64,000 nt of DNA from Antechinus flavipes (taxonomy: Eukaryota). Below, in pieces: positions 33,779 to 46,767 of the stretch (position 1 is its first letter; the number at the start of each line of letters is the position of its first letter). Below the pieces are notes generated by a model. That model worked only from the letters and a program-made list of their open reading frames with translations, was not told the origin of the DNA and did not search any database. Location: contig NC_067401.1 of the NCBI RefSeq assembly GCF_016432865.1, positions 190,526,001-190,590,000 on the forward strand, read 5' to 3'. The position numbers and the translations under genes were made by a program.

Positions 33779-35368
33779 CTACTGCCACCCCCCCTTTTCT
33801 CCCTGGGGGGCCCCTGCCCTGGGGGAAGCTCTGAGATATGGGATGAGCCCCCCCAGAGGAGACCCCGGCCCCGGGCGGCGGAGAAAATGGAGCCGAAGAG
33901 AGAGGAGGCCCGGGCGGGGGTGTGTGTGAGAGAGCGGGAGGGAGGAGGGGGGAAGCTGGGGGAGGGGAGATTAGGAGGAAGAGGAGGAGAGAGAAGAGGA
34001 GGAACAGGGAGGAGTTGTGGGCGGAGAGATAGACCAAAGAACAGAGACCAAAGAAGAGGTGGGGAAAAAAGAGAAAGATGAGAGGAGAGGGAGAAGGTCC
34101 TTTTGGAGAGAAGATTGGAATTGCGAGAGTTAAGGGCCTGATGCTTATTTTGATATTCTATAGGGAAGGAAACCAAAGGCTGGAGGGAGAGGTGGCATTC
34201 GACTCCTGATAAGGGATGGGGCTAGAGATGCCAGGTGCCTGGGTTCTTGGACAGCTCTGTTCATATTTCTAGTCCTAAAGACTCCCTCCCTGTCTTACTT
34301 AATTAAGACCAGGAGTGTGGGAGCTGTGCAGAGAGGGGAGGGGGTAAGTATGTAATTAGGGAGGTCTCCAGCCGAAGCTTAATGAGCTAGTAATTAACCA
34401 GCCTCGGAGGTGAGCTGGCCTGCAGCCAGACAAAGGAAAGAGCTATCCAGCCCTTGCCTCAGGCCTTTCCCCTTAGCTCCTCTCCCCAAAGATCCCATTC
34501 CCCCTCTCACTTAGTCACCAGTCTTCAAATGAGATGGAAATTAAATTTATTCATAAAATTGAAACAATATGCTTTCAGGGAGGTGGGATTAAGGAGAAGG
34601 GGTGTGATTGTCTCAGATCACCCTGTCTTTGGACCTCCTCCTTTCATCCTGTCCTCTCAAAGGATGAAATGAGTGTAGGGTGAAGGGGCTGGAGGGTCCC
34701 AATCTCTTTCCTCCAACCTTCCAAGCCTTTTCCCTCACTGATGGGAAAGAGGCCACAGTTGTTTATACAGGGCAGCACTCTAATTCCTTCAGAGGTCTTG
34801 GCTTCCTGGAAGACTGGGAGCGAGTGCAGATAAAACTGGTCCCCTAAGGGGGACAAAGTTGTTTGTATTTTGAGAGGAACAAGTTATAAGGATAGAGGTG
34901 CTGTCCCTTTTCCTTCCCCCTGGAAGTTTCTTAGGCAGTACATATCTGGTTGGATCTGGATAGTTTCTCAGTCATTCCTTAAGACCAAATCCTATTCTGA
35001 CCTCAGCAGTTCAGATCCAAGTGGACAAAGGTGTGGGTATCCTCCTGGGAGGATTTAAGTTACCAGGATTCCCTCTTTTCAGCCTTTCTCCTACATTGCT
35101 CTTATTCTCTGTCCTTCCTATCCCCAATCTGAAATTTTTTCTTAGAGGAACGTCAGGTGTCCTGGTCTCAAACTTTAGGGGTCTCAGCATCACTATACCC
35201 ATAGAGAAGAATGGAGGTGAGGAGTTGATGTTCACTGCTTTCTGCAATTCCTGACATCCCCTGGAGACAGGCCTAGGATGAGACAATTTTAGACAGTGCT
35301 CTCAGTCCCTTACTCCTCACTTCACCTCCCCACCACAACCTCCCAACTTCAGCAGGAGAGGGGAAAGA

Positions 35369-36602
35369 TCAGCAGGTATGTGTAGGCGGTCTGGATCTTT
35401 GTTCCTCCATTCGGCCATTTCCCTGCACCCTCAACAACAGCTCCAGGAGCTCTTGCCCTCCTGGTGGAAGAGGTGGGTCTGAACGCTGAGCTTCAATACG
35501 CTGGCACTGGGGGGAAAGAGGGATAGAGGTAAGGTGAGCAGGGGAGGGGAAAACTGGATGCCTGAGGTCCTGAGGGAATGATATACTGGAGTTAGGGGAT
35601 TGGGTAGAACTGGTTGGGGCTGCATACCTGATTTTCTCTCCGAAGGGAGCAAAAGTGGGGATAAGGACAGACAGGGGGAGAGGAGGTGGGAGTGATGCAG
35701 ATTTCTGGGTCCATTAGAGAAGTGAGTGCTGTGTGAAAGGGAATCTGAGGGCAGAGGAGCAGACTTATACCTAAGGGAAGTTAGGAAGGCTTTGGTCTCA
35801 CCTGGTGACTGAGGATGGTGCTGTAGAGCTGGTCTCTGTCCTCTGAAACCTGGACTCTGACTGAGGTTGTGGCTAGGGAGCCAGAGGGAATGTGGAGGGT
35901 GGCTCTCTGTCCTTCAAGCCTCTTGGACTGAGCTTCTGCTACTAAGTCCAAGAAGAGTTCTGTCTGCAGGGAGAGCATGGAGGCGGAGCGGGGTCCTAGG
36001 TCTGGGGGAGTATGTGTAGGGGGTGATGATCAGAGATTTGGAGGTTGAGGAGTTAGGATAGGAGAAGCTGTAAATGGGGAGGTTGGATATTGGGGGACTG
36101 TAAAAGGCATATTTGTGACAGTTAGGGAATGGGATGATGAAAATTCTGGATTAACTGAGGGAGAGTACCAGTTAGAAATGAGTGTCTCAGAAATCAAATC
36201 TGAGATTGGTACTTAGGCCAAAAATAAGGTTGAGGTAATGATTAAAATGGCACAGAGAAATAATAGTTGGATTACCTGTGTTTTGATCTCTGGAATGAGG
36301 AGGAGTTGGGGGTGCAGATCTCCAAGGTCTGATAGTATTGAGAGGGGGCCAGCCTTGATCATCTCGGGGAGGGCTCTGAAAATGATAAGTAGGTACTTCC
36401 ATCACAAGTAGACAAATCTTAAGGCAAGAAAGAGTACCTGGCTTGGTATTCCAATGCATTGTTTCTCTATATACAATTGTCTCTCTAAAAATCTAAATTT
36501 GTTGTCTTGTCCCTATTTTCCTTTCTGCTTTTCTCCCAACTTTCCCCTACTTACCTGCTCAATCTCACCTCCCTCTTCTTCCTGGAGTCTTTCTGTCTCC
36601 AT
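35369..36602 (-). CDS. GPSM3: G-protein signalling modulator 3 (AGS4/G18), 161 aa, 4 exons
   Basis: Exons 36602-36555, 36375-36276, 36001-35802, 35506-35369 (486 nt, GT-AG). Three GoLoco motifs ending RLEGQR, RIEAQR and RMEEQR; C-terminus RPPTHTC*. Minus-strand AATAAA at 34551-34546. Confidence 0.96.
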
Positions 36603-37039
36603 CCCCGTTAGTAGGGGGAGGTGAGAAGGGGATTGGAGGCAGTAGTGGTGGTTGTAGGCTTGGACACCTGAGCCCTAGACGGTAGCTGGAGATAGAATAG
36701 GATTGAAGGAGAACTTGAGGGCTCGATGCCTGGGTTCTAAGAAGGAAGCTGGGTTCTGGGTTAGTCCCCCCAAAACCCCGCCCATCCCTCTTAGTGATGT
36801 TTCCCCTTCCCCCAACCAACTTCCTCCTGTTCCCCTTTTCCACCCTCCCTGCAGTCTCTTATCCTCAGGAAAGTACCTGAAAAAAGGGATACAATAAAAC
36901 CGATTATTCTCAATTTGAGGGTCCTGGGGAAGTAGATGTTGATGAGGAGAAATAGGTATTGTGGGGGATTATCAGACTACAACATTGCTCCCCCTTTCTC
37001 TTTCTTTCTCCCTCCCCCATAACAGGTTCTCTATTCTTC

Positions 37040-37100
37040 CTAGCTGACTGTCAACACAGGAACTTGCTGTAGAGGAAGTGGTTTTACTCCTCAGGCTGTT
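37040..37100. promoter_or_regulatory. Candidate GPSM3 proximal promoter with an ETS/PU.1 site
   Basis: AGAGGAAGTG at 37071-37080 and CAGGAAC at about 37057, roughly 470 bp upstream of the GPSM3 ATG. GPSM3 is haematopoietic-restricted in eutherians. Confidence 0.45.
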
Positions 37101-37295
37101 CCCCACCCCCACCCCCAGTCCTTCCCCTCCCCTAGGGAATACCCCTGACCTAGTAGAATAATCTTTCAATGTAGCATCCCTCCTCCCCTCCTTCCTCTTT
37201 CCTCTCTCCCTCTCCCCCTTCCCCCCCCCCCCCCAATATCTACCTAGGTTGGAGAGATTCTTTCCTGCTGGGAGGCAGGAGGGTATTAGTGATAC

Positions 37296-38604
37296 TGTAA
37301 TGCTGGAGAAACCGAGGCAAGATAGAGATTAGAGAGTGTTTTTAATATTTTATTAGTGGAGAATTTGGACTGGCAGCCAAACAGGATCCATGGCCAAACA
37401 GGACTCATGTTGACCCCAGCCAGCTGAATTGGACTCTTGTCTCAGCATTCAGGGATTCCGGAGACTCTTATAGGGCTCCAGTGATCAGGAAAACAAAGGC
37501 AAGGGGGGATAGAACACTGGCGAACTGGAACTCCAGGAAGGACCATAACTTTTTATTTTGGACAGGTTGAGGGTAAAGAAGGATCATCCAGCCATTCTGA
37601 AGAGCAATTTGGAACTATGCTCAAAAATTTATCAAACTGTACATACCCTTTAATCCAGCAGTGTTTATACTGAGCTTATATCCCAAAGATCTTAAAGAAG
37701 GGAAAGGGAACTGTATGTGCAAAAATGTTTGTGGCAGCTCTTTTTGTAATGTCTAGAAACTGGAAATTGAATGGATGCCCATCAATTGGAGAATGGTTGA
37801 ATAAATTGTGGCATATGGATGTTATAGAATATTATTGTTCGGTAAGAAATGACCAGCAGAATGATTTCATAGAGTCCTGGAGAGACTTACATGAACTGAT
37901 GCTAAGCAAAATGAGCGGAACCAGGAGATCAATATACACTTCAACAACAGTACTATGTGATGATCAATTCTGATGGACGTGGCCGTCTTCAACAATGAGA
38001 TGAACCAAATCAGTTCCACAGAGCAGTAATGAACTGAACCAGCTATACCCAGAGAGAGAACTATGGAAAATGAGTGTGGACCACAACATATAGCCTTTCC
38101 ACTCTTTCTGTTATTGTTTACTTGCATTTTTGTTTTTCTTCTCAGGTTTTTTTTTTACCTTCTTTCTAGATCCGCTCTTTCTTGAGCAGCAAGATAACTG
38201 TATAAATATGTATACATATATTGTATTCAACATATACTTTAACATATTTTACATGTATTGGACTACCTGCTGTTTAGGGGAGGAGGTGGGGGGAAGGAGG
38301 GGAAAAGTTGGAACAGAAGGTTTTGCAAGGCTCAATGTTGAAAAAAACTACCCATGCATATGTTTTGTAAATAAAAAGCTATAATAAAAAAAAAAGGATC
38401 ATAAATTCTAATAAGTGAAGAAGTTAGAGATAGGATGTCTGAGCCTGAAACCAAGTGTTTGAGATAAGCCACCTGGAGTTTTATGACTCTTTGGAATGCC
38501 AGAGTGGCCAGGCCTTCTAGCCCTAATTGTCTCAGTCCTAATGGCTGCGAAGGGGATTGCCACCAGGGAGACTGAGAAAGAACAACTCAGGGAAATAGGC
38601 ATAC
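37296..38604 (-). mobile_element. Solo ERV LTR (about 500 bp) split by an L1 insertion
   Basis: TG...CA termini with ATAC on both flanks (37292-37295, 38605-38608). U5-like end with a minus-strand AATAAA at 37354-37349. Confidence 0.7.
37588..38395 (+). mobile_element. 5'-truncated LINE-1 (ORF2 C-terminus, 3' UTR, poly-A)
   Basis: ORF2-like MFVAALFVMSRNWKLNGCPSIGEWLNKLW and poly-A at about 38386-38395. Near-perfect TSD AAAGAAGGATCAT (37575-37587) / AAAAAAGGATCAT (38390-38402). Confidence 0.92.
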
Positions 38605-40742
38605 AATACCTCACATTTATCTGTCACTTTCTTCATTAAGAAACAAAAGCAAAGAAGTCTTGAAATAGGAATTCCAATATTATGCCAATTTTACCAATGA
38701 GGAAATTGAGGCTCAGAGAGACCAAGTGACTTGCCAGAAATTCTTCTGGGTCAGAACTTCCTGCTGTGAATGGATGCCTCCAACTTGAATAAGGAATTTG
38801 AATCTGAGAAGCTTCTATATCAGTTGGTTATATCATAAGTATTTACAACTTGTATAAATGCAGTGTTTTGGTAGAACAACTCTCCAGTCTCTTCAACAGA
38901 AGCTTCTTTTTGAAACAAACTCCTGTCTTTTAAATACCAGTTTCCAAAAGTGCTGTATGGTTATGAGTTACATGATATGAGAGTTTCCAAAGAATTGAAA
39001 AATGAGTTTCAGAGAACAATGGAGAAGCACATGGCAGCTGGGAATACGTTGTAATCCATTATGAGAGTAGTTTACTGAGATGGTAAGATGGGGACTAACT
39101 AATGGGCAACCTACACTTCATTGATAATCTCACAATGTTAAAAGGAAACTAGAATGGTGTCCAACATGTTTGGGAGACACTGTGGCAAACATAGAAGGCA
39201 TGAACAAGAATAGTGAAGAGTAGGAAGATGTGCATGGATGGTCTGTTTTATTGGAAGGGATTTCCAATCAATGAAATCACAGATCCATTTAGGTTTCTTC
39301 AGCATAGAATGGGGGAAAGACATGGTCTTTGGAATTATAGGATTTATGTTCAAATCTAACTTCTGACCTGTGTGTCCTTTCACATCCCTTCACTTGTTTC
39401 TGGGATTGGCTTCTGAGGTGCCTTTCAGTTCTAGATCTAGTATTCTGTAATAATGGCACTAGGGTTCTTTTAAGGTCTTTACTGGTTATCATCCTATGAT
39501 CCTGTTTCTCAAACTTAATGCTAAAGATACAAACATATATAAGATAGGATTGGAAAGTCAAAACTAGGAAGAATCAAGTTCTTGGGGCAGGGGCAACTTC
39601 TCAGTATTGAGGGCTAAGAAACTAGAATGAGGAGATGTAACAACTCCTCTGGATCTCTTGAATAGAGAAAACTATATGTCAGTTCTGGACTGTGAAAGTC
39701 ATTTGATGGTAAGCAGGGTTGGCGTTGAGAGAATATGGAGGATGTGGCTTCATGGACTTGTATTCCTAAGGACACACAGGTGAGTGTTTTCCTAATGTCT
39801 AGCCCTTTAGTTTCCTAAAGACCCTAAGCATTAGGTAGTCTCTAATTCCTGAACAAGATGACTATAATGCCACAAGACCAGTAGACATCTTCTTAAAGAT
39901 ATTAAGTACTTCAAAATTTCATAACTTCTACCCTTTAGTTATTTAAGTGGCTACTGTGCATTTATATTAGGGAATGTTAGCAAAGAAAAACGTGGCATTT
40001 GGATTCCTACATTGAATTAAGAAGATAGTTTGGCAAGTTTTACATCTCATCTAATTGCTGTGACCATAGATGTCAAATTATGGGAACCCCAAAGTTATCT
40101 TCTGTTTTTTTCCCACAAGCATTTGAACTATTCATTCCTGGACAATTTTTTTTTTTTTAGGGGGGGTGAAGTATGTGAGAAGTCCCATTCCAATTCTGTG
40201 TCATGCTCCCTCACTTTCTCTACAATTCTTCAGATCCAAGAAAGAACAAGGAACAAGTGATATATGAAGTTAGCTTTATTAGGAAATAACAATCCAGTTC
40301 ATCAAGGATAGGGGGGAGATGACTGGATGTGCCATCCTTAAGTGATCTCATCCTAGGGTAAGGGGAGAAACATAAGGAGTTCTGAACTGTTCCAGAGGCA
40401 GGCACCCATGGGAAGTCATCTGTACACGGAAAACAATTTCATATCCTATTTTTCTTTCTCTCGAGGCACCAGTTTTGGGGCTCCCAGCAACTCTGTATTT
40501 GGGATTTGCTTGTCCCTTTTTCTCTTTCTGTTGCTCCTAGCTCCTCATCAGGTCATAATCTTTTTTGGGGGTGGCAATAGTGATAATGGTATTGCCCCCC
40601 ACCCCTCCCTTTTAAGTATATGTAATAGTGTCCATTTTAACAGGAAAGGGATAGCTGAGGTTCTCTCCCATTTCAGGGAAAATATTGTTCAATCAAGGGG
40701 ATAAAAACTGATTTTAGGTGCAGACACATCCCTCTATTTCCA

Positions 40743-41483
40743 CTATGGGGGAGGATTTCCCTGCGTTGGAGTCTCATGGCCTAGAATTTGGGAGATCCCC
40801 AGACTGCTGCTTTCAACATCCATTTGATTCCCAACAACAACCACCTTATGCCCAGTACTTTCTCGGCTTAGGGGCTTCACTCCGAGGTTTTGGGTACACA
40901 GGAGGATGGAGGAACTTTGTTCAAAAGAGGGAGTAAGGCAAGAGGGAGGGATCCGGAGTTCTGGGGATGGGACCACAGGTTTCTAGAGCCACCCAATCAT
41001 AAGAGCAGCTGCCTGTCGTTCCTTTTCGTTGTCCGCAGGACCGATACAGTAGTAAGCTAGGACAGTGTCGAGCTTCGTGCATGCTAGCTGGGGACCTCAG
41101 GCCGCCTAGGGGAGCCTCTCCGCCTCTGGAGAGGCAAGGCCGTGCCCCACCATTCATCGACACTGTTCGCGGGGAGGGTAAGCGCCTACTTCTTCCTCCT
41201 GACGTCATACGGCCGCATGGAAAAGCCCCGCCTTCAAGTAAAGTCCTAGCGGGCCGGAAGGCGCCTTTCCGGGTCCCGTTTCTATCCAGAGAGCGTAGGG
41301 AGGCTTTGTGACGCAAAGAGGGCCGGGACTCTGGAAGCCCTTCCTCTTCCAGGAGCGTCAGCCGGCCCCAGTGTCCTCAGCGATGTCTTGGGCCTGGTCC
41401 TGCAGTTCCCGGGACGCCCCTGCTTCCCGAAGCAACCGGGCTACTTCCACTACCCCTTCCCGGGCAGTCAGGCAGAGCAGCGT
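40743..41483 (-). pseudogene. NOTCH4: NOTCH4 exon 30 remnant
   Basis: TLLCLTAREGVVEVARLLREAGASRELQDQA, frameshift, HWGRLTLLEEEGLPE..RHKA..DWVALETCG, second frameshift, IPPSCLTPS. The acceptor is missing. Confidence 0.85.
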
Positions 41484-41733
41484 GGAGGGGAGGGGAAGCA
41501 GACAGGTGGGGTCAGGGAAAGGCCACTCCCAGGGAGGTTCGATTCCTCCTAGACTTTCCGTCTTCCTACATCACGTGTCGACTCCGCCCAGTTTTCCTCC
41601 TTTTTTTTCCCTCTGCCCCCTCCTCTCCCTTCTCTTTTCCCTTCTCTCTTCTTCCTTTCTCTTCTTTCTTCCTCCTTCCCTTCCCCTCATCAGCCGCCCT
41701 TTGGACTTTGCCCCTCCTTTAAGAGACTTCACC

Positions 41734-41870
41734 CTAGGGGGCGCAGTGGATCGAACACCGGCCCTGAAGCCGGGAGGACCTGAGTTCAAATGCGATCTTA
41801 GACACGTAACACTTCCTGGCTGTGTGACCCTGGGCAAGTCACTTAGCCCCAACTGCCTCAGGGGAAAAAA
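41734..41870 (+). mobile_element. WSINE1-type tRNA-derived CORE-SINE
   Basis: CTAGG..GCGCAGTGGAT..GGAGGACCTGAGTTCAAAT (A/B boxes), core CTGTGTGACCCTGGGCAAGTCACTTA and A-tail. CpGs are retained. Confidence 0.88.
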
Positions 41871-41886
41871 AGCCATTCACCCTGAC

Positions 41887-41971
41887 CCTGCTGTCCTGAG
41901 CGTCCTTGTCTGCTCCTACCTGGAGTAGGGCATTGGCGGCTCAAACATTGTTTCCGCAGGGAAATGCCTTC
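41887..41971 (-). pseudogene. NOTCH4: NOTCH4 exon 29 remnant
   Basis: 85 nt (human about 98). Reads KAFPCGNNV*AANALLQVGADKDAQDSR with an in-frame TGA at 41943-41941. Confidence 0.85.
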
Positions 41972-43789
41972 CTAGGGAGGCAAAGAGCGATGAATCTGGA
42001 GTTGGGGTTGGGGTCCGTTGGGGGTAGATGACTGTGAGAAGTTTCTCCCGGCTTGGAAATAGGAGAAAAGGGACAGCTAGAGCTGGCATGGGGGTCCCTC
42101 TGCTGGTCAGTAGCGGGAAGCTTTATCGTGGAGATGGCGACCCGTGGGCAGGAAGTTTTGCGTCGGTGATGTCATCTTCTGAGACAATGGGGCTTTGTTT
42201 TGTGGCCTGGGAGATAGGGACCCCTCCTTCTTCTCCACCTCACTCCCCTCCTCCCCTCCCCTCCACCCTACCTCGCTCCCCTTCCCCGGCTTCCCCTCCT
42301 TCCTTCCCACTGCTTTCCCTGCTGGGTTGGACTTTGACAGGCAAACTGTCTGCTTCCTGGAGGCATCCCCCTGGATTCACCTACAGTCCAGTCCCTTAGC
42401 GAAACCCCGACGCTAAGCCTTATCTCCTCATCTCTCTCTCTGTTAGCTGATTTCTCCCTCACCATTCAGTTGAAACAGTACCCTTTTGTAGAGTGGCAGT
42501 ATTGACTTAAGTCCACGTACAGGAAGAGTCTGGTCCAGATATTACTAGAGACCTGCTCTCTATAAGGGCTGAACAACCCAAGGCATTGGTTCACTGACTC
42601 CCTTAACAATTTTTGAAAGACATACTTGGGATAAATTTAGAATAATCTTGATGGAGATTGCATGTGACAGGAACAAGGCATCACAACTGTGTTATTTACA
42701 ACCCTATTTTGAAAAATACCTTTGCTATTGATAATTTCTGTTATTGATGACTTTTATGATAGATATCTTGTTATTGTAGTTAAGGTGAATGAGAATAAGT
42801 TATTAATACCTTAAAAATAGGAAAAGCATAAAAATAAAATAAAAAATTTGGGGTGGTGAAGATTTTGGAGGTACAGGAAAAGAGGTGTTCTGCATGCAGT
42901 GTATCACTGGTTGTAAGCCATTTTTAAATAGAAATTAGAAGGGATAATTTAAATAATTATCAAAAATTGTTAAGGAAATCGTTGAGCCAATGCCTAGAAT
43001 TGTTCAGCCCTTACAAAGAGCAGATCTCAAGTAATACCTGGATTGGACTCTTCCTGTATATGGACTTCTTCAATACTGGCCCTCTATACCCTCCAAGATT
43101 ATTTATTTTTTTCTCACTCCTCATTTTCTCCTTCTAAAAGCTTTGCAGACTTTCTTCCTAAATACTATTTTTGTTTTCTTCCTCTGATCAGCTTCTCAGT
43201 CTTTGCCAGATCAGCATCTATGTTCTGCCCTCTAGGCTTAGATGCTGTATCAATTCTCTGTCCATTTTGATTATGTTTACACTTGATAATGGCATCAACT
43301 CCCACAGGCTTAATTATTAGATCTACAAGGGTAGCTCCCATATCAATATCTATATATCTAACTCTGATCTTTCCAGAACTCCAGTTCTATATCACCAATT
43401 AATGGCTCACTCATATCCATCAGATATCTTACTGGCATTTAAAAATTCAAAAATTTTCAGTTGCTCCTTAGCAGTTTTAGGATAAAATGCAAACCTCTTA
43501 GCCTAACAGTCCAAACTTTCTACAGATTTTCTCCAACCTGCCTTTCCAGACTTATTTCATATTATTTCCTTCAATGTGCTATAGTTCTAGACAAACTCTC
43601 CTATAATCTCCCCAAATATTGATATTCCATATCCTGTGTCTGTGCGTTTCTTCAGACTGTTCTCCATGGATTTCCTCTTTTTTTTTGCCTGTAGTTTCTT
43701 TTAAGGTATGGTTAAAGTGCTGTTTCCTGCGAGAAGATTGCTCCTCCTTCAAAATGCCTCATAATTTACTTTTTGTAATTATTATTTGT

Positions 43790-45365
43790 TATTATTAAAG
43801 CTTTTTATTTTCAAAACATACATGAATAATTTTTCAATATTAATCCTTGCATAGCCTTGTGTTTCAGATTTCCCCCTTTCCCCCACCCCCTCCTCTATCG
43901 CAAGCAACCCAACATATGTTATATATGTTAAAATATATATTAAATCCAATATGTGTAGACATATACAACTCTATTGCTGCATAAGTAAAATCAGATCAAA
44001 AAGGAAAGTAGTGAGTAAGAAAACAAAATGCAAGTGAATAACAACAAAAAGAGTAAGAATGTTATGGTTGTGATCCACATTCAGTTCCCATGGTCCTCTC
44101 TCTGGTTGTAGATAGCTCTCTTTGTCACAAGATCACTGGAACTGGCATCAGTCATCTTGTTGGAAAGAGTCACGTTTATCAGAATTGTTCATCGTATAAT
44201 ATTGATGTTGCCATGTACAATGATCTCCTGGTTCTGCTCATTTCACTTAGCATCCATTCATGTAAGTCTCTCTAGGCCTCTCTAAAATCATTCTCCTGAT
44301 CTTTTCTTATAGAACAATAATATTCCATAACATTCATATACCGTAACTTACTCACCCATTCTCCAACTGATGAGCATCTGCTCAGTTTCCAGTTTCTTGT
44401 CACTATAAAAAGGGTTGCCACAAACATTTTTGCACATGTAGGTCCCTTTCCTTCCTTTAAGATCTCTTCGGGATATAGACCCAATAGAAACACTGCTGGA
44501 TCAAATGGTATGCACAGTTTGATAGCCCTGTGGGCATAGTTCTAAATTGCTTTCCAGAATGGCTGGATCCATTCACAACTCCACCAATAATGTATTAGTG
44601 TCCCAGTTTTCCCATATCCCCTCAACATTTGTTATTATTTTTTCCTGTTATCTTAGCTAGTCTGAGAAGTGTGTAGTGGTATCTCAGAGTTGTCTTAATT
44701 TGCATTTCTCTGATCAATGGTGATTTAGAGGACTTTTTCATATGATTAGAAATAGTTTTAATTTCATCTGAAAATTGTCTATCATATCTTTTGATCATTT
44801 ATTAATTGGAGAATGGCTTGAATTCTTATAAATTTGAATAAATTATCTATATGTTTTAGAAATAAGGCCTTTATCAGAACCCTTATATGTAAAAATGTTT
44901 TCCCAATTTATTGCTTCCCTTCTGATCTTGTCTGCATTAGTTTTGTTTGTACAGACATTTTAAATTTTTAAAATTTAAATTGTACAGACAATTTAAAATT
45001 AAATTTTAAATTTAATATAATCAAAATTATTCATTTTTTGTTCAATTATGAGTTCCAATTATGTGTTCTTCTTTAGACACAAATCTTACTTTTTATGTCT
45101 AAATTATGAACCCATTTTGACCTTATCTTGATATGTAGTGTTAGGTGTGGGTCAGTGCCTAGTTTCTTCTATACTAGTTTCCAATTTTCTTAGTAGTTTT
45201 TGTCACATAGTGAGTTCTTATCCAAAAGCTGGGGCCTTTGCTATAGTTATTGACGATTTTGTCCTGTGATCCTAACTTATTCCATTGATCAATTACTCTA
45301 TTTCTTAGCCAGTACCAAATGGTTTTGATGACTGCTACTTTATAATATAGTTTTGGATCTGGCAG
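43790..45365 (-). mobile_element. LINE-1 3' fragment
   Basis: Poly-T/3' UTR plus a degraded ORF2 C-terminus (track ORF 44272-44493). Confidence 0.88.
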
Positions 45366-45484
45366 TAATTTACTTTTCTATGTACATGTGGTGTAATGGA
45401 AGCTGAAAAAGGACCTCCATTTTTTTCTTTGAACTCTCAGCAGCTAGCACAATGTCTTACCTGCAGTAAGTTCTTCTTCTTCTT

Positions 45485-46472
45485 CTTTTTTTTAAATTAA
45501 AGCTTTTTATTTACAAAGTATATACATGAGTAATTTTTCCAACATTGATCCTTGCAAAACCTTTTCTTCCAAATATTCCCCTCCTTCCCCCCACCCTCTC
45601 CCCTAGCTGGCAGGTAGTCCAATACATGTTAAATATGTTGAAATAAATGTAAGATTCAATATATATATATGTATATATATATATACACACATATTTATAC
45701 AGTTATTTTGTTGCACAAGAAAAATCAAGTCGAGAAGGAAGAAAAAGAAACTGAGAAAGAAAACAAAATGCAAGCAAATAACAGAGTGAGAATGCTATGT
45801 TATGTTCCACACTCACTTCCCACAGTCATCTCTCTGGGTATAGATGGCTTTCTTTTTGACTGAACAAGTGGAATTGGTTTGAATCATCTCATTGTTGAAG
45901 AAGCCACATCCCATCAGAATTGATTGTCATATAGTTTTGTTGTGGTATGTATAATGGTTCTGCTCATTTCACTTGACTTCAGCTCATGTAAGTCTCTCCA
46001 AGCCTCTTTGCAATCATCCTGCTGGTCATTTCTTACAGAACAATAATATTCCATAATATTCATATACCACAATTTATTCAGTCATTCTCCAATTGATGGG
46101 CATCCATTCAGTTTCCAGTTTCTGTCCACTACAAAGAGAGCTGCCACAAACATTTTGGCACATACAGGTCCCTTTCCCTTCTTTAGTATCTCTTTGGGAT
46201 ATAAGCCCAGTAGAAACACTGCTGGGTCAAAGGGTATGCACATTTGAATGGTTGGATCTGTTCACAATTCCACCAACAATGCATCAGTGTCCCAATTTTC
46301 CCATATCCCCTCCAACGTTCATCATTATCTTTTCCTGTCGTCTTAGTCAATCTTACAGGTGTGTAGTGGTATTTCAGAGTTGTCTTAATTTTCATTTCTC
46401 AGATCAATAGTGATTTGGAGCACCTTTTCATGTGGCTACAAATAGTTTCAATTTCTCCATCTGAAAATTGTC
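45485..46472 (-). mobile_element. LINE-1 3' fragment
   Basis: Poly-T, 3' UTR and ORF2-like KIKTTLKYHYTPVRL (46183-46395). Confidence 0.88.
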
Positions 46473-46619
46473 CACAGTAAGTTCTTAATTACTATATTGA
46501 GTGGAAGAATATCCTTGGTATTCCATCTTTAACTCATTGTCTTTTTTCCCACTTCAGTAATCTCCAGTTTACCAATCCTCCTTTTTAGAAGCCATTTGTC
46601 CCATCCCATTTGTCCTTAT

Positions 46620-46767
46620 CCCATTTGTCTCTGGCTCCTCTATCTGCTTGGGCATCAGTCAGCTCTTCTACCAGGTCTTCTGCAGCCAGCTGGGCAGCTA
46701 GCATGAGAGGTGTTGTCTCATTTTCTGTTCTAGCATCTATTGAAGTTTGATCACTTTGAAATAGGAG
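46620..46767 (-). pseudogene. NOTCH4: NOTCH4 exon 28 remnant (ankyrin)
   Basis: 148 nt, LLFQSDQTSIDARTENETTPLMLAAQLAAEDLVEELTDAQADRGARDKW. The donor reads G|ATAAG instead of GT. Confidence 0.9.

Noticed and set aside
41734-41810. tRNA gene
   Set aside because: The A/B boxes belong to a tRNA-derived SINE head followed by a CORE domain.
41308-41928. 206-aa plus-strand ORF
   Set aside because: It is antisense to NOTCH4 remnants and runs through a pyrimidine tract and a SINE. It has a non-ATG start and no recognisable domain.
42395-42417. 7-bp stem hairpin CTTAGCG/CGCTAAG
   Set aside because: It is too short to support an ncRNA or terminator call in a mammalian intron.
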